Below, one piece after another: positions 48,659-61,073 of a stretch of DNA of 64,000 bases (the first letter of the stretch is position 1; the number at the start of each line of letters is the position of its first letter). The DNA is from Guillardia theta CCMP2712 (Eukaryota; Protista; Cryptophyta), in assembly GCF_000315625.1 (NCBI RefSeq), contig NW_005434608.1:319747-383746 (forward strand). The letters are read 5' to 3'. The translations under genes and the position numbers were made by a program. The notes beneath the pieces were generated by a model. That model worked only from the letters and a program-made list of their open reading frames with translations. It searched no databases and had not been told where the DNA came from.

Positions 48659-51057
48659 ATGTCCGAGGCTGAACTTCCAGTGCGATGCTGCCGTGAGGCG
48701 ATGAAGGAACGCGGAAGCTGACAGTGACCTGATGCCTCTCGAGGGGCGAGGGCCGATCCCCATGGACATCCTTGCCCTCAAGCTGGATGGACCTTTCTCT
48801 CCAGGTGATGGTGCGCGCGCGGGGGGGAGAGGGGGGAGATGAAGGATCTTGATTCTGATGCTCGTATCTCAGGAAGGATGCCGAACTTGAACCTGCGGTC
48901 GGCACGAGCAAGAATGCAGGCGCAGACGTCAGGTGCGATGCGCTGAGCTCGAATGAGCGTTGGGGAATGAAAGGAGAGCAGGAGGAGGGGATCAAGTCTC
49001 AGCCAGCCATCGCCGGCATCTTGCGGAGGATGAAATCAGTACGCAGCATTCCCGTCGCCTCGCGGAGAAGAAAGACAAGGAAGAGCTGGTGAGTCACCGG
49101 ATATGATTTGCGAGGTCATTCAAGTGCTTGTGTGCCAGTACATGTTTCAACGACTGGAGCCCCTTATCACAAGCCGGTACCTTCCCAGGCTAGATCAAGA
49201 CGTCAAGCGGGTGACCCTTGACGCGCATTCTCATGACGTACTGAGGGCTTCTCAGCTCATGACGTGTCAACTGGGTTTGCCGATGAGACTGCTGGACGCG
49301 CAGGCGCCAGAGATGCAGGTGTGGGAGCGAGCGAGGAGATGCGCTATCGTCAACCCCCCCCGCCGACGAGAAGCTGCTGACGACCAGCGCTGGTGAGAGA
49401 CCTCACCCGCAAGCGCTCCGCTAACATGGCAGAACAGCTTGGTAGAATCGCCTCCACAACAAGCAGACAGCACACCTTTCAAGAGCAGAAGCGAGTCCAA
49501 GCAGAAGAAGCGGCACAGTGAAGGTCATGTCTCCTAGTCTCCTTGCCTTGTTGCTCCTCACGGCATGTCGCGGACAGGGAGCCTAGAGGAGAAAAGAGTC
49601 CAAGAGCCGGCGCAAGTCAAGCCAACAAGACCCTCTGAGGAGCCTCAGCAGCACCTGGGCGAAGCGTTTGCTACTCCTCGTCGATCTAGAAGGTTCTGCT
49701 TGAACCGCTAGGGCCTCTTGTCACCATGTGCAGATCGTTGTTTGCGATAAGAGCCGAGAACTCTCTTAGAGAGGTTTACCAGACTACATCTAGACATGCG
49801 TTGACGAGAGACGCAGGTGCAGGAAGGCTCCAGAGAGAAAGATGGGTAAGAACTCTGCTGGACGACAGAGAGCGTCTCCTTTACACTTCCGCAGCTCAAG
49901 ATTTGCTCGCGCATGGGAGAAATTGGAAAAAGATGAAGAAATTACGCTCAAGCTGTTCCTGTGCGAGACTTTTGCTTGCCCGCTGCGCTCGGTCGGTAGA
50001 TGTCTGAGTTGCATGTTATAGGAGGTTCGGGGCTCGGAGAGATCGAGTGAGGTACCCCAGGAACATCGTAGAGCAAGAGAAGATCAGGTGATGGTGGATG
50101 AACCTCCTCGAGAGAGGATTGACACGTGCGCGATCTAGGTCAAGAGTCAAACAGATACAACTCGAATGGAAGCAGGAGGCTGGTATCTTGTCGGATAGGA
50201 CATGAGACCTGACTCGATGAGCAGGCTCGGAAAAGAGAGATGAAAGAGTTGTACAAGATCGACAAACAAAACAGATCTCAAATCATAGACACATCTACGA
50301 CAAACGGCTCTCTGGTGAAATCGGAACGCAGCCTGTTAGATTCTTCAGACAACAAGTAGACAATCTGAATGTTCTTGTGCCATCACTCAGTATGTGCTCT
50401 AGGAAACGATTGCAAACGACTTGCGACCATGTGAGCTATAGCATACCTCATGGGAATCTCACTTGTGTGCTGTTCAGATTATTCATTCCTTGGCAGCAAA
50501 TTTTCCATATGCGCTCGTCACGCGATTGTCTTTGTAACACGTTTTTTTTCTGTCTGGAGTGATCTTCGAGTACAGGGAAGAGCAGGACCGTGTCGATGTT
50601 GAGATGTCTGCAGACACCTTCAGGTCTCTTCATACACACTTGCCTTGTCGACTCACAAGCCTTCAGGATGTATCTCGAGCGAGCAGGTTGTGACGTTACT
50701 GAAGAAGACTTGGACCTGCTGTGGACGGTCCTTGTCAAGGAGTCGAGCCCAGCTGAACAAGAGGTGCTATCAAAATGTCTGACCACGTGTTGACCTGCGT
50801 CCAGGTGCCTCTAGAGCGTCTCGTCGCTCGAGTCAAGCGTCATTCGTCGCTGAGACAGATGAGCATCGAGGGAGCGGGCGACGGCGCTCAGAGACGAGAG
50901 GAATACCCGGACGTGAAGTCGTTCTTGGGCTCTCTTACCCGCCAGTCCTCGCAGTCCATCGCTAGTGTAAGAGTTTGAGGTAGACGTGTGAAGCATGACC
51001 CCTTGGCAGGTCCTCAAGAAGCTGCAGAAGCGCGAGAGTGAAGGGGAAGGCAGATAG
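48659..51057 (+). CDS. hypothetical multi-exon basic/coiled protein
   Basis: Series of short GT-AG bounded exons, for example YMFQRLEPLITS, FRMYLERAGCDVTEEDLDLLWTVL, VPLERLVARVKR and VLKKLQKRESEGEGR*. The start and several joins are uncertain. Confidence 0.5.
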
Positions 51058-51075
51058 TTAGGATAGACTACTGTA

Positions 51076-53810
51076 CTACTTTACAAGCACGTTCCGATCA
51101 TCTACCAGGCGAATCCCGACGGAGATCAGAGCGTTGGGTAGAGACGAGGGCTGGGGCTGCGAGTCAGAAATTTTCCATAGTCAACCCTCCAACTTACTTT
51201 CAGCCCGTTCTGTTTAAAAACTACCCCGCTGGCCTCAGCTACTCCTGTTCCACTTGTTCAGCCGTTGGCAACGGTAGAAGATACGATAACCTGTGGATGC
51301 TCGATACCATTCACTTTCATCGTCCTCACAGAAACTGAAGTCCTCGCAAGTCTTGATGCAGTTTGTCGTCTATGAACACGATCAGTGTGAGCAGTTGACG
51401 TCGCTGATGTTGAGGTACCGGATTGAAACCTGTCACAATGAAACCTCCTGCCATCCTCGAAGCCACATCTCCGACGTTATCACAAATCATCATCTGCTCC
51501 TTTCAGAAGACACCTTCAAGACAACAAACTTGACCTGATAGTACTGGGTAGCAGCACACGCACTCTTCTCTCTCTGATTGTTGTAGACGTTGCTACATTC
51601 TTGAGCAAGCTTCATCTCATAACTGTATCATCATCATCACACAATCGTGACAACAGAACAGCATGCCTGCTCGCTCCGCTCCACGTCGCGTCCTCGCTGG
51701 GAGCTGGAACAGGACCAACTTGCAAGGGAGAGTCAACCTAGAAGAGGCGATGACGTCACAAGCCGATTCTCTGGTGCCTCGAGCTTACCTTGACGACCTT
51801 GTGGTAGCCGCTGTACCCGACGATCGTTCTCGTTTGTCCGTTAATGACGAGCTGGTAGCCAGCATACGGGTTGGAGCCCTGAGGGAGAGCAGGGGCTAGT
51901 GAGTTTCTACATCAACCCCGTGACGCGCTGCTGACCTGACACAGTCTGAAGGCTCCCGTACATCCATCCGGGTTGACGCCGCTAGCAAGACGGAAGACAC
52001 TCTTGTCGACTGTCAGAGAAGCAGCGTCCCCTCCTGCTTCACCTGGCTCCACGGGGCCGAGGACGGCGCTGAGCTCGATTCACTCGCTATGCACGTACAA
52101 GTTCCCGTTCCCCCCGAGCAGCGCGGGACGCCAGCGTTGTCGCACTGACACTGACCAGTACAAGAGACCTTGAAGCATGTGTCACTCGCTCGCAGCAGCT
52201 GAGAGCCGCGCCTGACCGTTGAAGGGGTGTATCCCCTTCTAACGCCTCCTTTGGAGAAATACCCGCATTCCCAGTCGAGGTCCGTGCACTCGTAGGGGGA
52301 GCTGCGATAAGGCGAGTCAAGTCAGGGCGATCAAGCGACGAACCCCGCACTAGATCTTGTAAACTGTCGTGCAGCGATAAGAGCAGGAGGAGGCTCCGGT
52401 GTAGGACTTATCGCGAGGAGTCACTCGACTGAGAGAGCATGCAGACAGAACTCACCTGGCAAGCGCTCGAGCATGTCGACAGCGTGGGGTAGACTTCACC
52501 ATTGTTGCAAGTTCTGCAGCACAAACCTCATCACAGGATGATTGCAACATCAATTTAGCTCACGTTCCATCTGCTGGGTAAGTGTCTGTACATGTCGCAT
52601 TGCAGATATAGCCATCCACCTTTGGGTCTGAGCATGGCAGCGTCGCCCATGTTGACTCCGGCTGAATCTTTGCAGGCCCGTTCATCCAGGTTGCGCCGCC
52701 GTCGATGCACGAAGCAGCTGTGGAGAAGGAGGACGAGGAGCAGGAGCCTCCCGTGCTGGAGAGGATCATTCTTGTCTGCCCGCTTCCTGTACCCCCCACA
52801 ATCATGACGACCCAGCCAGCGTAGAAGTTGGTGACTGCATCATGCTGTCAAAGCCCGTCAGTGCTCGCTTACGCCCCTGGCACGTCAGATCTCACCTGCG
52901 CTGAAAGCTGGAGCAGCACAGGAGGAGAGTTGGGCTGGACGCATCCGCTGCTGTGAACAGGATCGCACCAGCACACCGAGAAGTCTGGAGAAGTACAACT
53001 CGCATTGCCCATCTGAGGCTGAACCGCAAAGCAATCGGGGCACTCTTGAAACTTGCTCCCTACCACAACCGGAACCTTGCAAGCGAAGTTTGTTCGCTCC
53101 TGTATGCAGCTCGGCGTTCGCGAAGACGCCTGATACTTGGAGTCGAAGAGGAGGCCGAGGACGCCACTGCCCGCTGCCCATGACGCGTTCACTGACCCAC
53201 TAAACCCTGACCGCTGAGCGACGAGGGCATTCTGGCCCCGGAAGGAGAACCAAGCCTTGTCCTCGGCGCTGCCAGGGAGGGTGGGATGGTACACGTACAT
53301 GACCTGGTTGAAAGGATACCTCGTGCAGTCCGACCTGTAGCCGTCGACCCCGTATGGCTGCGAGGAGCTCGTCTCAGTCGACATGTGCACGGCGTCGGAG
53401 GTCGTGTAGCACATCAGCCAACCTCCTCCGAAGCTGTCCATGTCGCAGTATCCCTGAAACGGCCGATCGTAGCCTGCTGGCTGCAGCCAGTACACCCCGC
53501 TGCTGAAGTATGGCTTCTTGGCGAGATCGAGACAGGACCGGGCTGGGAAACCTTCCATGCCGAACCCTCCCGGGTCTGAATCCACACCCTGCGCGTTGCC
53601 CCATCGCGAGCTGAAAAACATCGGGTTCCGCGCATTGGGGTCGTGCGAGTAGGAAGAGGGAGAGCAGGTGGCAGGGTTGGAGGGATCGCAAGTGCTTCCT
53701 GGAGTCGATCCCGAGCTCTCGTACACCCATGGCTGCGGGAACGTATCTTGTGCACCATGCACATTGACCAACAAGCAAACTGCGACTGCCAACCTAGTCG
53801 CCATGCTCAT
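51076..53810 (-). CDS. secreted fibrinogen-related (FReD/intelectin-like) Cys-rich protein
   Basis: Signal peptide MSMATRLAVAVCLLVNVHG, then PARSCLDL...SGVYWLQPAG..PFQGYCDMDSFGGGWLMC, the fibrinogen-like signature. Later exons end YYQ|MMICD..GGFIVTGF..NCIKTC...WYRAST|GVAEASGVVFKQNGLK|PQPSSLPNALISVGIRLVDDRNVLVK*. Confidence 0.82.
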
Positions 53811-54157
53811 CTCAAGACGCGCCAAAGGGCGGCTACTGCGTCTTCCTTCCTGTTGCACAGCTGCCAGTCTTCCACCGCTGCTCCCTCCCGCTGCTCCCTC
53901 CCGCTGCTCCCTCCCGCTGCTCCCTGCTGCTGCTCCCTGCCCGCCCTGAGCGGTTGAAGTGGATTGAAATCCCCCGACTGGTCAGGGTAAAAGGAGGGAC
54001 AGGAGAGGGAGGAGCGGATGGGGGAGAGCAAGGGAGAGGAGCGAGGAGACAGAGGAGGGGCAACGTCAGAGCAAGGTCTCCTCGTTTCTGAAGCATGGGA
54101 GGAGGGGGAGGAGGGGGAGGAGGGAGGGGCACCAAGGACAAGGTCATCTTCTTCAGG

Positions 54158-54484
54158 ATGGACATGGTTGGAAGCAACACGCTGCATTATCGTGCCGAGG
54201 TGAGGGCATCCAATCAGCTGCGCAGCATGCAGGAGAAGGAGGAGAGGAGTGCACAGCGAGACAGGAGAGGATCCATGAAGCAACGAGCACGGGGCGAAGC
54301 AAGATGGGGGCAACATGAGAGGAAGCCAAGAGCGAAGCCGGTGGAGCATGGTGAGGGGGTTAGAGACGGGAATGTTCCCATAGAAGAAGAGTTGAGCAGG
54401 TTGAACGAGAGGCTAAGCTCGCTCCCGATCGGTTGGCGGGATGAGGAGGATGGGGATACCTCGAAGAGCTCGCAGAGGAGATGA
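54158..54484 (+). CDS. small hypothetical charged protein
   Basis: Open frame MDMVGSNTLHYRAEV...SSQRR*. No recognisable domain. Confidence 0.3.
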   Translation: MDMVGSNTLHYRAEVRASNQLRSMQEKEERSAQRDRRGSMKQRARGEARWGQHERKPRAKPVEHGEGVRDGNVPIEEELSRLNERLSSLPIGWRDEEDGDTSKSSQRR

Positions 54485-54904
54485 ATCGACTGAAGCACGC
54501 CCTCAGGCATCCATTCGCCTTTCGGATGTCAATCACTCGTGGTCCTCGTTTGTAGTTTCGGTCTGTTTTCTATCGATGGCACGATGCGTCATGAAGAGTG
54601 AGCTAGATTCTATGCCATACCACGGTCAGAAGACCACAACAAGATGATCACTATCCGACTTGACAAGCTAGCAGGAACCTTGCACTTACGCAATTGCTGC
54701 CAGGGGCTAATGAGTTGCTCATCACCGTGAGGTTACATGCTGCTGGAAGGAAGAAATGAGGTTATTCATGAAATGTAGGAGTGAACTCATATGATAACTT
54801 GAAACTGTATAGAAAAGAATTCATGGAAAGAAACATGTACAAGAACGAAAAGGCTGAGAGAAATAGACCAACAACAAACAACGCAGTTCACATGATCACC
54901 CGCT

Positions 54905-55621
54905 TCAAAAACTCCATTCCTTTGAAGACTTAGGTGAGGCCACCCCAAACCGACTGGGATTGTTCAGCTGCACCAAAGTCTTTGCTGGCTGCTCAGCCTC
55001 TGCTGTAAAGATTCTTTCCAGCGCAAAACTACCCGTGGGACTTGAAATGTCCTGCCTCTGTCTATCTTGGACATTGCGACGGTTGATTGCGTCATTAAAC
55101 TTCTCTTCCATCGTGTTCAAACTCTTGTCGTCTTTCGGGGATAGCATGGATGCGATAGGCGATGAGTTCCACGTGTCGACCGCACCTCCAGCGATTGCAT
55201 CCAACAATGAAAAGACGTGATTGGTGTGATGTGCAGCAGGTGATGCAGGTAAAACTCGGTCGCCTCCGCCTTCTACCTCAAAACGAGCGATGTCCCTGGA
55301 CCCTCGGCGGTTCCTCTTCGCCATTATTCTCTTCATCTCCTCGTGCTCGGGGATATTCACAGTTGGCTCGTCGTCAAATCGAAGGCATCGCGGTGATCTG
55401 CTCGCCGTCAAGCTACGGCTCAATTGCACCTGGGCTGGTGGAATCATCTTGTTGGTCAAACGATTGGCCTCTGCGAGCTCCAGCTGCCGCTGAAGGTCCC
55501 TTCCTTCCTGCTCGTTACCTCCATCATCGGCGAGGTCCTTGATAGCCTCTAGCCCAGTTGGCAACCAATTGAGACCTTTACCTGCCTTCTTAAATGGAAA
55601 ATATGCCAAAGGATCTTTCAT
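54905..55621 (-). CDS. hypothetical protein (238 aa, apparently intronless)
   Basis: Long non-repetitive ORF with normal amino-acid composition. Confidence 0.55.
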   Translation of the reverse strand: MKDPLAYFPFKKAGKGLNWLPTGLEAIKDLADDGGNEQEGRDLQRQLELAEANRLTNKMIPPAQVQLSRSLTASRSPRCLRFDDEPTVNIPEHEEMKRIMAKRNRRGSRDIARFEVEGGGDRVLPASPAAHHTNHVFSLLDAIAGGAVDTWNSSPIASMLSPKDDKSLNTMEEKFNDAINRRNVQDRQRQDISSPTGSFALERIFTAEAEQPAKTLVQLNNPSRFGVASPKSSKEWSF

Positions 55622-56449
55622 GTTTGAGTCGAATATGTTGATATTTCGTATCAGAGAGACGTTAACGCGAGCTTAGAAAGATTTGGAAAGAAGGAGGACG
55701 AGGAGTAACGAGGACGAGGATGGAAGCAGTCAAAGGAGACAGAGGGGAGATTGACGAGAGCAGGAAACGGAAGGCAGGTGTGCGACAAGGAAGGTAGGTT
55801 GGAGGACAGCGCCAAGATTCTGAACGAGGGCGGAGGAGCGACTAGGTTGGAGGAAAGTGGAGACAAAGGGTAGCGGCACAGGTGGGCCGAGAGGGATACA
55901 GGGGGTAGGGGGTCCAAAAGTTATGGAGAGGGTGGGTATGTTCAACTCCGAGGTCTCCGGAAAGCCCATGGACCCCACCTTAGTGAGAAATAATGACCTA
56001 GAAAAAGGGGGTGGTCTCGGTCTCGGATCGAACGACCCCGCCGGGCTGGTTGGGTCCGGAATTATCGGATCAGCACCTTCAAGGTAAACTAGGGGGTGGG
56101 GTCCTTGTCGGGCGGAATGAAAGGTTCTTTTTCCACGAGGTGAGATTCGGGAAATGGGTAGGGTGGTGAAAGTACCGGTACATATGACTTGAAAAGCCTG
56201 GCAAATGCAGGGTGGTGAGTTGGTCACTGAGGGTGCTGAGCCTTATAACTGGAGTTTTAGTTGTTTACTTTGAAAGTCAATTTCTAGTATGCGGAGGTTA
56301 GTTAAAATCATCTTAACAGTATTGAAGTTTTGGAGTACCTGGAAGTTCTGGTACTTTTACTAGTTATTTATACTGTTTGGGTACTGTTGTCGATATATAT
56401 TTATCATTCATTTTGAGTAGAAGGTCACTACGGTACCTTTGAATCAATG

Positions 56450-57545
56450 ATCACAGTGACGGTGGCATAATAATCGGCCGCCAGCAGTCCGAGCCTCCGT
56501 CCCGGACTCCGGCGACGGTAAAACGCATCCACCGGTTCGGCCCCGGGCCCGGCGGACCGTACAGCCTCACTGACCGTCGGACGGTCCGATCAGGTTTCCC
56601 GGAAGTTCCGAGTCGCCGGTCTGACGGAACCGTTGCAAATTAAACGGTTGGCTCAACTGCGGCCTCCCGGCGCCGCGGTGACGGCCGTCCGGGCTCAGCG
56701 GCGCCTCGGATCGCATGCCGCAGTGCCAGCCTGAGCCCAGATAGAAACTCACCGTGAGGCTGTACTCAGGCACGGTGCCAGTAAACCTGGCAAGACTCTC
56801 AGGCTGCCCAACTTGAAACCTCACCGGGCAGGCCGCCCGGCTCAGTCTCTAGCCTGAGCAAGTTGTTTACCGGCGTGCCACCACTGCGGGCCTCTCATCA
56901 TCACGAGTCCGCCGCCGGCCCCCCGGGAGTCCCAGCCCGGCCATCATCGGACTCCGGGATTCAATGATTTGTTGGATTGATCTTGCCGGCGCCAATTTTC
57001 CGAAGTAGTTGAAAAAATATCGTGACGCCCAGGCCAAAGTACCTGGCCGCAGTGGCGCGAGCACCCGGCGTCTAGGCCGGCCGGGCGACGGACTCATCAC
57101 TGAGTCACTGGCCGCGGCATGTGCCGCATACCGTACTGTACCCGGTGCCAGGACACTGGCGGCCGGGACCGTGGGGGCCGTGCCGCGTAATCACGGTAAT
57201 CCGATTACGCCGGTACGGTAGACTTTTTGACCGCTCAAAACGGTCAAATTTTCATGCGGCCGCTGGCCGCGTCGGAACTATCGGTGGCATGAGCCCCGTG
57301 ACCGTCACGGCGGCGGCCGCCCGGCCGGGCGGCACAGCGGCACCCGTCCAAGTAGTACACCGGCGTGTCACGTGTCAAGTTGATTGAAACTCAGTTTTCA
57401 ACTAACGTACTGAGTACCGGCCTCGGACCTCAGTGTACGGTCCTTCGGAACCTTTGTCAGTAGTGTGGCACGGTACGGTACCTAACCGTCACGGTCCGAG
57501 GCCGCCGGTCACGGGCCCCGAGTTTCAACTTTGTACCGTACTCTA
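56450..57545. promoter_or_regulatory. CpG-rich, palindrome-rich intergenic island between divergent genes
   Basis: Several perfect short inverted repeats (listed in findings). A regulatory role is inferred. Confidence 0.4.
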
Positions 57546-58130
57546 TTGGTTGACCTTGGCTGGTCAAAGTGTAGTCGTCAAAGTGGTCAAAGGGGATGGT
57601 AGACTCGAAACTAATCCATTTCGAGTAGAGAAGTGCTAAACCCCAACGTTTCATCTCGCATTTACACCGCTCGGTGCAGGGATCGTGTGCAGTAAAAGGG
57701 CTGCAAGGCGAGAGGGGGACTCAGCACGGTCTTTTCTAGAGATCGGCGAAGGGAGGAGACAGGGGTAGTTACAACGGTCATAACGAGGGGTGTATGTTAT
57801 CTAAATGGAAGGGGTTCTAAGGTGTTTGAAGGAGGGTAGTGAAACAGATAGTGAGTAGCTTCCCTTGGAAAGGTGGGGTCTGAGGCTCCTCAGAAGGAGG
57901 GGTAGAGGTCACGATACCAAAGAACTTGGTGGGAACAAGGGAGAGCAGCAAAGATACGAGCTTGTGGGGGATTGAGGGGGTGGGTGGGGAGGGGGCGAAG
58001 GAGGGGGTGACAGATGGGGAATAAAAGGGACACTGGGCACATGCGACATAGCAAGCACGACTTGAGTCGCGCAAGACGCCACGGCCGCACTGCTCCTGCC
58101 CCCCTGCCAAGCAAGAGGTGACAGGTAAGG

Positions 58131-61073
58131 ATGGCTGTCGACCTAGAAGACAACCAGAAGCCGCAATCGCTCGCTGCGATGGGCGGGAAACTGCCCGTGA
58201 TCCCCCTGAACCCCCGCGAGAAGCACACTCAGCCCATCGTGGACTTCAACCTGGAGGAGAACCTGCTCCAGTACGTGAGGCCCAGCCGATGGGTGTCGAT
58301 CAATGTCGGCAACTTCCCACTGCTGAGATTCAACTGGGTCGTTTCCTTGCTGGCGTCAGCGATTCTGTGGGTGTTCATCGTCGTAGTCCTCACGGCGAAA
58401 GACAACGCACAAGGAATCAACGTTGCTCTCCTTGAGTTCAACAGCACGTGGCAAACTTGGATTACACAGAACTTCACGTGGTTTTACATCTTCACACAAG
58501 ATATTTGGTGCGTCTTCGTGGTGTACATCGCCTTCTCCAAGTACGGAAAGATCAAGCTCGGGAAGGATGATGAGAAGCCCGCGTTCAGCGACTTCTCTTG
58601 GTTCGTCATGCTCTTTTGCAGTGGCATAGCCGTTGGCTTCTACTTCTATGGCGTGCGAGAGCCCCTATCTTACTACAGAGCTTCTTACTACAACGTCTTG
58701 TACAAGCCCGGGTGGATGAACGACGACCAGCGAGCCCAGCAGGCGATCTTCATCACCCTCTACCATTGGGGCATCCACGCGTGGGCGTGCTACATCATCG
58801 TCGCCATGCTCCTCGGCTTCGTTGCCTTCCGATGGGATAGGCCGTTGACATGTGAGAACCTTTAGACCTCGTGGCGAAACATGTGGTCGTGACAAGTTGT
58901 TGTTGCAGTGCGTCAGGCTTTCTTCCCCCTCGTAGGACATGTGATCGATGGCTTCGTTGGCGACATCATCGACTCCATCGCCATGGCCTGTACCACCTTT
59001 GGTGTCTGCACCTCCCTCGGGTTTGGTGTCATGACCATGGTCAACGGTCTTCGGAGAATGGACTGCGGCGGAGGCATCGATTGCGTCAGCAACATCCCTT
59101 CTAACGACGGCTCGCACAATGCTAGGGTTTGGCAAGGTGAGAATTTGAAAGGCCGACTACACCATTCGCTGATGCCTTCATGCTTTCAACAGTCACAACT
59201 ATTTGGATCATCACCCTCATTGCTACAGTCTCGGTCGTCACGGGGCTCAACCACGGAATCAAGGCCCTCTCCCTGATTGCTTTTGGTCTCGGCAACCTGT
59301 TGCTCGTGATGCTCCTATTGACAGATGACACCTGGTTCTTGTTGAACTCCTACGTGCAGTCTCTGGGCTACTACATCACTTACGTGACGCAAGTCGGGTT
59401 CGAGTGCGACACTTGGCCTCAGCTCAACTTTGAGTTCAGAAACAACGGACAAAACAAACTCTGGGATTCAGGTACCAACAAGCTCTATGATACCGTGACA
59501 AAAGCCATCGGACACCCCATGACCGACCCCACCACTGCATTTGGGTCAGATAGCTCCACATGGATCAACTCGTGGACCATCTTCTACTGGGGCTGGTGGA
59601 TCTCATGGGCCCCCTTTGTCGGCATGTTCGTGGCGACCATCTCGCGAGGCAGGACCTTGCGTCAGATCTTCATGGGAGCGATCGCTGCTCCTGTCTTCTA
59701 CAGCTTCTTCTTCTTGGTCGTCATGGGATCTCTCGGCATCAAGATGGAGAGAGTGGTCGAGCTTTCACTCTTGGATCCAAAGACCACGGACTACCAGCAG
59801 ATTTGGAGGACGGGAATGATTAACTGCACAGCGATGGGCTACAGTAAGTCTCGTCCCTTGACAACTTGGTAAAAGTTGACACGTGCTTGCAGGCAATGGT
59901 CAGCCTCAGTCTGAGGCCGCCAGGAAGCTTGCTGAAGTTGGATACTACGCGCTCCCCTGCAGAAACTCCGACGATGTCTTTTACGATGTCATGGAGCCGT
60001 ACGGCAAAGGCATCGCAACGTATCTCAAGCTCATCTCCGTCATTGGCGTTGTCCTCTACTTCGTGACCTCGTCTGATTCAGGCTCTTACGTCGACGACAT
60101 ACTCTCGGCGGGAGGTATGGCGCATCCTCCGGTCCTTCAGCGCGTCTACTGGGCCGTCACAGAGGGAGCGTGTGCTACTGCCATCCTCTATGCGGGAGGA
60201 TCGGATGCTCTGACAGCGCTGAGGGCCGTCTCCATCTGCTCTGGTCTCCCGCTCACCATCGCCATCTGCCTCATGTGCACGGCGTTGCTGAGAGCGTGCA
60301 AGTACGACATGATGGAGGAGGACATTCACTCGTCGACGCGCTTCATCGTCGGGCTCTTCGACTGGGCTGATGGCTTCCAACCAGCAGGCATCCCGCGTGA
60401 GCTCGAGCCAGGGCTGCAGAGGCGGATCAGATCTCTTGTGATCTCCACCTTCGCTCCCTTCATCTCCATCCACAAGGTCCATCAGAAGTTCTACAACAAC
60501 GTGGCGATGTTGCACACGGCGGGGACTGGCATGCTCTTCATCACGTGGATCGGCTGCATGATCGGAGAGGTCGGTACCGTCAACGCTTCCTACGTGGGAT
60601 GGACCATGTACATTTTCTTCGCCGCTCATCTGACCGCAACGAGGTTGCAAGCAAGGCTTGCTTACAAGGTCTACGGGTCAGCCTTCGAGGACTTCTTCGC
60701 CTGCCTCATCATGTACCCCTTCGTCATCTCTCAGCTCGAGTTGCAGGTGGAGTCTCAGCTGGAATTCCATGACGAGGATGCCCCTGCCCCGTACAGAGGC
60801 AAGCACGTTCCCACCGACAGGCCTCACCTGGAGATGATGGACTACGATCACGTCATGGAGTTCCATGGCCCCACAAACGCTTTCAAGTCATCCCGGGCGG
60901 CTTCTCCCCAGTACCAGCCGTACCCAGGCCAGTACCCGTCCCAGTTTTCTTCCCAGCATTCCTCCCAGCAGGCTCCCTTGGGTGCGCCGGCAGTCCAGCT
61001 CGTTCCTCCGCCCGAGTTTCAGATGGGAGTGGCTCCTCAACCGCAGTATTCCATGGCGATCGGCTCGGCTTGA
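58131..61073 (+). CDS. BCCT-family (betaine/choline/carnitine) transporter with PLAC8-like C-terminal extension
   Basis: Motifs: SKYGKIKLG...P.FS..SWFVMLFCSGIAVG, EPL, TLYHWGIHAWACY, TTFGVCTSLG, GIKALS, WTIFYWGWWISWAPFVGMFVATISRGRT and YFVTSSDSG. Three short introns at ~58853-58908, ~59137-59192 and ~59844-59892. Confidence 0.95.

Noticed and set aside
54420-54440. LPIGW as the start of a WW domain
   Set aside because: The downstream YY/F-N-H and W-x-x-P residues are absent.
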